Notes under the pieces: generated by a model | What the model saw: only the letters and a program-made list of their open reading frames with translations | What the model was told of the DNA's origin: nothing | Databases searched by the model: none | IMG/VR virus record: IMGVR_UViG_3300025084_000149 | Location: 1-29,092 of that record | DNA: 29,092 nt | Direction: 5' to 3' (one strand) | Source of the DNA: a virus | Lineage: Duplodnaviria; Caudoviricetes | Position numbers and translations under genes: made by a program | Part shown: positions 24,356-29,092 of the stretch, piece after piece | Numbering within the stretch: position 1 is the stretch's first letter | Layout: every line of letters starts with the position of its first letter

Positions 24356-24751
24356 TTAAGTATCTAGTTCTTTAATTAACAATTCATATTTTTCTATTAA
24401 CATTTCTAAATCTGTATTATCTAGCTTAACAGTTTTATTTGCTTCAATATGTAGTTCTTCTGCTAAACCGTCATAATAAGTATTATCTAGGTTCTTAGAA
24501 AATTTATACTGTTCGCCATACCTAAATACATTACAACCAGCACATTGCACCTGGCAATTCTGTTCGGACCACCTAGTAGAATAGTGTTTACGACTTTGAA
24601 AATGTCCGTTTTGTAGCTTCTTCCAATGGTCTTGCTTACCACAAGTAAAACATTCGGCAATATCATTAACAGCAAATCTACGTCTTATATATATACTAAA
24701 AACTTTGTCTAATTTATCTACTAACTTTTTGCGTTTTGTTTTTTTTGCCAT
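24356..24751 (-). CDS. ninG: NinG/Rap-like recombination endonuclease
   Basis: FSIYIRRR, CFTCG, GHFQSR, TRW..N...QCAGCN motifs. Confidence 0.9.
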   Translation of the reverse strand: MAKKTKRKKLVDKLDKVFSIYIRRRFAVNDIAECFTCGKQDHWKKLQNGHFQSRKHYSTRWSEQNCQVQCAGCNVFRYGEQYKFSKNLDNTYYDGLAEELHIEANKTVKLDNTDLEMLIEKYELLIKELDT

Positions 24752-24875
24752 TTGATTAGTTCCCCTAAGTCTTATATTTTATTTAACTTTTTATATCTAT
24801 TTATTTTGTATTTGTTTTTTATGCCTTTAAGGGCAACAAAACATTTAACTAAATGTCTAGTTTTAATAAAAAATT

Positions 24876-24883
24876 CAAAGTTA
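24876..24883 (-). promoter_or_regulatory. Host-type promoter -7 element (TAACTTTG) upstream of ninG
   Basis: Matches TAnnTTTG in the largest intergenic region. Confidence 0.5.
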
Positions 24884-24914
24884 TATATTTTATTTTAGAA
24901 AAAAAAGCAAAAAC

Positions 24915-25394
24915 TTATTTATTTTTCCAATGCTTAGTTATCTTCTCTGCTGAACGCATACCAAAATAACCACCGTAAACTAAAAGTAATAAAGAAGAAA
25001 GTAAATCAATCCAGTTAGGGTCTATTTTAAAGCCCTCTAATGAACTATCTAATATGATATAAATAAACAGTGTAGCGGTTAAAAAAGCAAGTGTTAAGGG
25101 CCTTATATTGCGTGTTAAGTAACTTTCTGTATTGTTGTCAGAAACCCAACGCTTAGTTGTTTCTTGCATTTCTATTTTATCAAAGTTTAGCTCTTCTAAT
25201 AAAAGTTGTTTATCTGCTTCGCTTAATTTATCGTCTGTACTTATTTTACTAGCTAAAACCTCTAAGGCTTCTATTCCTGTAACGTTACCAGCTATTTTTA
25301 AAAGTTCTGGTGCTACTTCTTTGCCTTGCTTTAATAGCCAACGTAAAGCATCGCCTACCCTTGTAGTACCGTTTTCTTTTTTATACTTACCCAT
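24915..25394 (-). CDS. Holin-like membrane protein (3TM-holin type)
   Basis: RW.SD...NIRPLTL, two C-terminal TM helices and YFGMRSAEK; follows the endolysin gene. Confidence 0.8.
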   Translation of the reverse strand: MGKYKKENGTTRVGDALRWLLKQGKEVAPELLKIAGNVTGIEALEVLASKISTDDKLSEADKQLLLEELNFDKIEMQETTKRWVSDNNTESYLTRNIRPLTLAFLTATLFIYIILDSSLEGFKIDPNWIDLLSSLLLLVYGGYFGMRSAEKITKHWKNK

Positions 25395-25761
25395 TCCAAC
25401 GTGATTTTATTTTTCTAAAATCATAATGCGTAAAAGAAGAGTACATTCCTAAACCGCCTTGTAATATTTCGCCAGATAACATTAAGTCATCTAAATAGTC
25501 ATAAGTATCTAAAACAGGGTCAAGACCTTGAATAACAATATCAGCAGCTTTGCCTAGTAAGTGTTGAGAGTTTACAGAACCACCGACCGCTTTGTTATGA
25601 GCTTCACATCTATAAGCACTATTAATTGTTATAGGCATCGCTACACAATCCCTGACATATTGTAATTGATTTGCTAGTTTAGTTATATTTACTAAAACAT
25701 CATCTGGCATTTCACAACCACATTTACAATCAAATTCGCTTTTTTTGAAGTTTTTAGTCAT
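25387..25761 (-). CDS. Endolysin, peptidase M15A family
   Basis: NF..SEFDCKCG, SAYRC..HN..VGG..NSQHLLGKAADI, FTHYD motifs. Confidence 0.93.
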   Translation of the reverse strand: MTKNFKKSEFDCKCGCEMPDDVLVNITKLANQLQYVRDCVAMPITINSAYRCEAHNKAVGGSVNSQHLLGKAADIVIQGLDPVLDTYDYLDDLMLSGEILQGGLGMYSSFTHYDFRKIKSRWNG

Positions 25762-25912
25762 TCTTTTTCTTGTGCGTTTCGTATATTTTCTGAGCGGTAT
25801 ATCCTATCGATAAAAGCAATAATATAATTTTTAAACTATTTTCTATATGTGTAAAGCTTACTCCTAAAGTAAAAGCATTTAATATTCCTATTTTCAAATC
25901 TTGTAATGTCAT
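25754..25912 (-). CDS. Small holin-like membrane protein, 52 aa (not in ORF track)
   Basis: MTLQDLKIGILNAFTLGVSFTHIENSLKIILLLLSIGYTAQKIYETHKKKND; two hydrophobic segments, basic tail, overlaps the endolysin start. Confidence 0.75.
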   Translation of the reverse strand: MTLQDLKIGILNAFTLGVSFTHIENSLKIILLLLSIGYTAQKIYETHKKKND

Positions 25913-25916
25913 AATA

Positions 25917-26390
25917 TTATACTGGGCAACTTAATGTAAAGTCCCAAAGTGTTTGGTCTAAAGGTGCGTAAACTTTAACTAAAGCCACCTCTGTGTTTGT
26001 TGTTTTACTAAAATTAGCAGTTCCTGAACCAATTCCAGCTATCGTTTCACTTGGTAAGCCTCGCTCTGCTAAAGCCTCGTCTAAGTCTTGTTGTCTTGCT
26101 GATGAGCCTCTGTAACCAGTATCTATAACTTTAATACCGTCAAGCCAAACTTCAAATTTATCTGGTATGCTTCTAGCATCAAAATTAAGCGTTACAGTTC
26201 CTGTCGATGCTCCTACGTTAATATTTAAAAGAGTAGGGAATGTTTCTCCTCCAGTATATGAATATTGAGTGCCGCAAGAACCTTGTTCTGTTGCACAAAA
26301 TTCTGGAAACTCTGGTACACTTGCTTTGTTTTTATCGTCACCCCAGTGTGAGTAACAATATATTTCTCCCCAATTTATATTATTTGCCAT
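25917..26390 (-). CDS. Putative virion decoration/fibre protein (beta-sandwich domain)
   Basis: Trp-containing N-terminal peptide (INWGEIY..SHWG) plus a Gly/Thr-rich beta domain (PDKFEVWLDG..VIDTGYRG). Confidence 0.5.
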   Translation of the reverse strand: MANNINWGEIYCYSHWGDDKNKASVPEFPEFCATEQGSCGTQYSYTGGETFPTLLNINVGASTGTVTLNFDARSIPDKFEVWLDGIKVIDTGYRGSSARQQDLDEALAERGLPSETIAGIGSGTANFSKTTNTEVALVKVYAPLDQTLWDFTLSCPV

Positions 26391-26392
26391 TA

Positions 26393-26734
26393 TTATTTTA
26401 TTTTATATTCTAAATATGAAAGTCCAGAAAAACCGTGTATTCCTTCTGTATCTAAGTCGCAACTGTATGTCTTCCAACCCCAAGGGTGGTCTTTTAAGTC
26501 ACTCCATATAACGTCCACGTGATACTTATTACTAAATACAGGCTCTTTAATTAACTCCTTTTTACTGCCTTTAATCTCGTACTCTCCTTGCTCTAAAACT
26601 ATATGCCCTAGCTCAACAATAGTATGGTTATGTGTTGGATATTCGTTACCTTGCCAATCATAGTCCACGCCTAAATCTACAATTTTCTCCTTAGCCTGTT
26701 CTTCGTCATTAAACTCGTATTTTCCTATTGTCAT
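26393..26734 (-). CDS. Hypothetical protein, possible fibre chaperone
   Basis: 113 aa, follows the fibre-like gene; KYEF, YHVDVIW and H.FSG motifs. Confidence 0.6.
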   Translation of the reverse strand: MTIGKYEFNDEEQAKEKIVDLGVDYDWQGNEYPTHNHTIVELGHIVLEQGEYEIKGSKKELIKEPVFSNKYHVDVIWSDLKDHPWGWKTYSCDLDTEGIHGFSGLSYLEYKIK

Positions 26735-27912
26735 AATTCCGTTAATTTTTTTATTTCTGCATCGCTCATCATTTCGTCAAAAACTTGAACCCCATAAACT
26801 TTGCCTTTAAATTCCTTGCTGCCTGTATTAAGTTGAAATTTGAACTCTTCTAAAACGTTAAATTCTTGTGTTGTATTAAAACTTGTTATAAATTGACCGT
26901 TTGCATAAAGTCTATACCTACCGTTTAACCAGCCTATTGCAGCTTTTATTCTGCCACCGCTATGTGTATAATCATATTCTACTGCTGGTGTTCCAGTTCC
27001 GTTATTAACGTAAAATTCTAAAACATTATTTGGTTTAAATTCAAAAGCTATTTGGTCATAAACTCCACCTTGTAGTTTTATTTGTGATAGTAAACTTTGA
27101 CTAACAGTAGGGTCTAATCTATAAGGCTCAACATCTATAATAGCAACCCCCTCTTTATGATTAAATTGTGTTTCTCCTGTTAGTTCAGAAATTATAGTAT
27201 GCTCTTTTTGTCTTGTTTGAAATTGATAGCTAGGTGTGTTTATATAACTTGTAGCACTTAACCCAGCTTCTAACTGCCCACCCCATACCGAAATGTCTAA
27301 ATCTTGTGCAATAGGCACTACATCAAACCATAAGCCAATGTCTATATATGCACTTTGTCCACTTATAGTCGAGCCTTGAACTTCTATTCTAGTCCATTCG
27401 CTACCTATCTTGTAACTTTGTTCTACTGAATTTCTAGCAACTACAACTACATCTTGTGACCTCGAAGTGTTACTTTTAATATAAACAGATGCAGAGTAAT
27501 TACCTACTATTGCAAAACTTTCTTGGTATAAAAGTGCATAGTTTCCAGCTCCAGCGTCCATACTAATTTCTAACCTAGTAGCTTCTTCTAGTCCGTTTGG
27601 CGCTACCGACCAATTAGCAGTTTTTGTCAAACTTCCACCAGATACAGTAGTTTGCCAGTTATTTAAGTTGTTACCAAAAATAGCATAATTTGACTTTTGT
27701 GGCTCACATAATAAACTAGGACAATTATTGTCCCAATTTAGCCTTGGGTTATTGTTTCCAGATATAGTTTCAATTAAACCGTTTTGTTTTACTCTAGTGC
27801 CGTTACCTGTTCTAAAGAATACAAAATCTCCGTCACCATTTACAGGCAAAACAGAGTAAACTTTTTTAAATTTATATGCACTAGGCACTAATGCTAAAAT
27901 TGGCTTTTTCAT
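26731..27912 (-). CDS. Fibre/spike protein with carbohydrate-binding-like and LamG/concanavalin-like domains
   Basis: F.RTG.GTRV..NGLIE and PSLLCEPQ..N N-terminus; WGGQLEAG..ATSYI; C-terminal LYANG...FKGKVYGVQVFDEMMSDAEI. Confidence 0.75.
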   Translation of the reverse strand: MKKPILALVPSAYKFKKVYSVLPVNGDGDFVFFRTGNGTRVKQNGLIETISGNNNPRLNWDNNCPSLLCEPQKSNYAIFGNNLNNWQTTVSGGSLTKTANWSVAPNGLEEATRLEISMDAGAGNYALLYQESFAIVGNYSASVYIKSNTSRSQDVVVVARNSVEQSYKIGSEWTRIEVQGSTISGQSAYIDIGLWFDVVPIAQDLDISVWGGQLEAGLSATSYINTPSYQFQTRQKEHTIISELTGETQFNHKEGVAIIDVEPYRLDPTVSQSLLSQIKLQGGVYDQIAFEFKPNNVLEFYVNNGTGTPAVEYDYTHSGGRIKAAIGWLNGRYRLYANGQFITSFNTTQEFNVLEEFKFQLNTGSKEFKGKVYGVQVFDEMMSDAEIKKLTEL

Positions 27913-28358
27913 TATCTCTCTATTATTATTGATGTACTAGTACAATACCACCACTGTCCATTTACTTGTAGTCTAAGCGTCACTACTTGACCTCTGTTTA
28001 TTTCTATTGACCTACCAAAATCTAAAACAACTGTTTCCCTTACATTATTTCCGTAAGTACTTGTTTCGCTACCTTTAAAAACTCCGTCTAAATAAACACT
28101 TAAAGTCAAAGAACTACCATTCGGGAACTGCCTACTAGAGTACGGCATTGATGACAGTTGAAATTGACTAAAATAAGCATCAAAAGGAATTCCAATACCA
28201 CCATAAGCATAAGGGAACGCTGTACTCGCACCAGTACCAAAAAGCGTATAAGTAGAAATTCCACTAAGATAGTGACGCCACGTAACAGATATTTTTTCAG
28301 TCGTTAAACCTCTGCTAGTGTATTCCCTTGACTTAGCTTTTAAAACGTTATTAATCAT
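27912..28358 (-). CDS. Hypothetical beta-rich structural protein
   Basis: 148 aa, coupled to both neighbours. Confidence 0.6.
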   Translation of the reverse strand: MINNVLKAKSREYTSRGLTTEKISVTWRHYLSGISTYTLFGTGASTAFPYAYGGIGIPFDAYFSQFQLSSMPYSSRQFPNGSSLTLSVYLDGVFKGSETSTYGNNVRETVVLDFGRSIEINRGQVVTLRLQVNGQWWYCTSTSIIIER

Positions 28359-28447
28359 TTAGCTTTCTCCTTTATTAAGGGTTTGTTTTGTTTTTTTAAA
28401 TAAGACATTAACTTATTTAAGTTTTTTTTCTTTACTTTATACTTCAT
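28355..28447 (-). CDS. Very basic microprotein, 30 aa (not in ORF track)
   Basis: MKYKVKKKNLNKLMSYLKKQNKPLIKEKAK; ATGA overlaps at both ends. Confidence 0.68.
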   Translation of the reverse strand: MKYKVKKKNLNKLMSYLKKQNKPLIKEKAK

Positions 28448-28944
28448 AAAACCCAACCGTTAAAAACCGTATCTGTATCTGGGCTAATATCGTCATTTGT
28501 GTTGCTTGTGTATTCTGGGAATTTAGATTGATTAAAACATAAATGGTCTACTAGTCTTGTACTGTAATAATTAGCGTATTCTCTAGCTTTACCTACTAAA
28601 TAATCAACTTCTGTTTTATTTACGTTTTCGGCTGTTTCGCTTGAATGTTTAAACACTCCACCGTTTTTGATTTGATAAGCAGCAAACGGAATATAATTAA
28701 CTTGTGCGAACCATATTAAGGTTGGCTGTATATAATCTTGAACAAGTGCTAAATAGTCGCCTGTTAAGGTACTGTTTTCAATATCTGTACTTATTCGGTT
28801 GTATAAATCCGTTCCTAGTAAGTTTTGAATGTCAATTTGCTGTCCGAGTTTCAGAAATTGTACTATTTTGTCATAATCAGTATTTCCGTCAATTATTGAA
28901 TTACGAACTAAATCGTTTCTTGTTATGAATAGTGCTGTTGCCAT
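28444..28944 (-). CDS. Head-tail adaptor protein, putative
   Basis: Helical 166 aa (IQNLLGTDLY, YIQPTL, FPEY); its ATG directly follows the portal stop across the circular junction. Confidence 0.7.
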   Translation of the reverse strand: MATALFITRNDLVRNSIIDGNTDYDKIVQFLKLGQQIDIQNLLGTDLYNRISTDIENSTLTGDYLALVQDYIQPTLIWFAQVNYIPFAAYQIKNGGVFKHSSETAENVNKTEVDYLVGKAREYANYYSTRLVDHLCFNQSKFPEYTSNTNDDISPDTDTVFNGWVL

Positions 28945-29092
28945 TTAGTTTTTGAATTTCATTTTGTTCCAATATTCAGCAGTATAACCTTTATACTTCA
29001 TATCCTTTGGTGCTACTGGTACTTTTTGAGCGTTTGGTCTGCCCTTTGGTTTAAAACCTCTTGACCTTGCCTCTGTTGTGGTTATTTCTGTG
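28943..29092. repeat. Terminal direct repeat, copy 2 (3' end of the portal gene)
   Basis: 149/150 identical to positions 1-150. Confidence 0.97.

Larger units (their letters stand above)
1..29092 (-). mobile_element. Complete (circularisable) tailed bacteriophage genome, siphovirus-like, probable Bacteroidota host
   Basis: 150-bp terminal overlap; terminase, portal, capsid, protease, tail, lysis and replication genes all on one strand; TAnnTTTG promoters. Confidence 0.93.

Noticed and set aside
1772-28928. All plus-strand ORFs in the track (e.g. 7842-8186, 12673-12999, 21472-21912)
   Set aside because: They are antisense shadows of well-supported minus-strand genes, mostly with non-ATG starts and no recognisable motifs
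1-29092. CRISPR array, tRNA, diversity-generating retroelement, intron/intein or alternative genetic code
   Set aside because: I found no spaced repeats, cloverleaf or reverse transcriptase; core genes are uninterrupted and tile densely under the standard code with all three stop codons in use

Overview
This window appears to be the complete genome of a small tailed dsDNA phage (unit length 28,942 bp). Positions 1-150 repeat at 28943-29092 with one synonymous mismatch. The sequence is AT-rich and every credible gene is on the minus strand. TAnnTTTG promoter elements and A-rich, Shine-Dalgarno-poor leaders point to a Bacteroidota (probably Flavobacteriia) host. The genome has packaging, head, tail, lysis, recombination/replication and DNA-modification genes plus its own sigma factor. 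I see no integrase, classical repressor, DNA polymerase, primase, tRNA or CRISPR array. The most notable signals are: (1) a -1 programmed frameshift in a displaced tail-assembly chaperone; (2) a bipartite late-promoter motif placed to give leaderless mRNAs; (3) a candidate ~65-nt sRNA antisense to the leaders of several early genes; (4) a shared 'helix + V-K/E-L' signature across head proteins, suggesting a capsid cargo-loading and cleavage system; (5) DnaA-box-like tandem sites at early promoters, in a genome encoding a DnaA domain-IV-like protein. All functional calls come from motif recognition by eye; no database searches were run.
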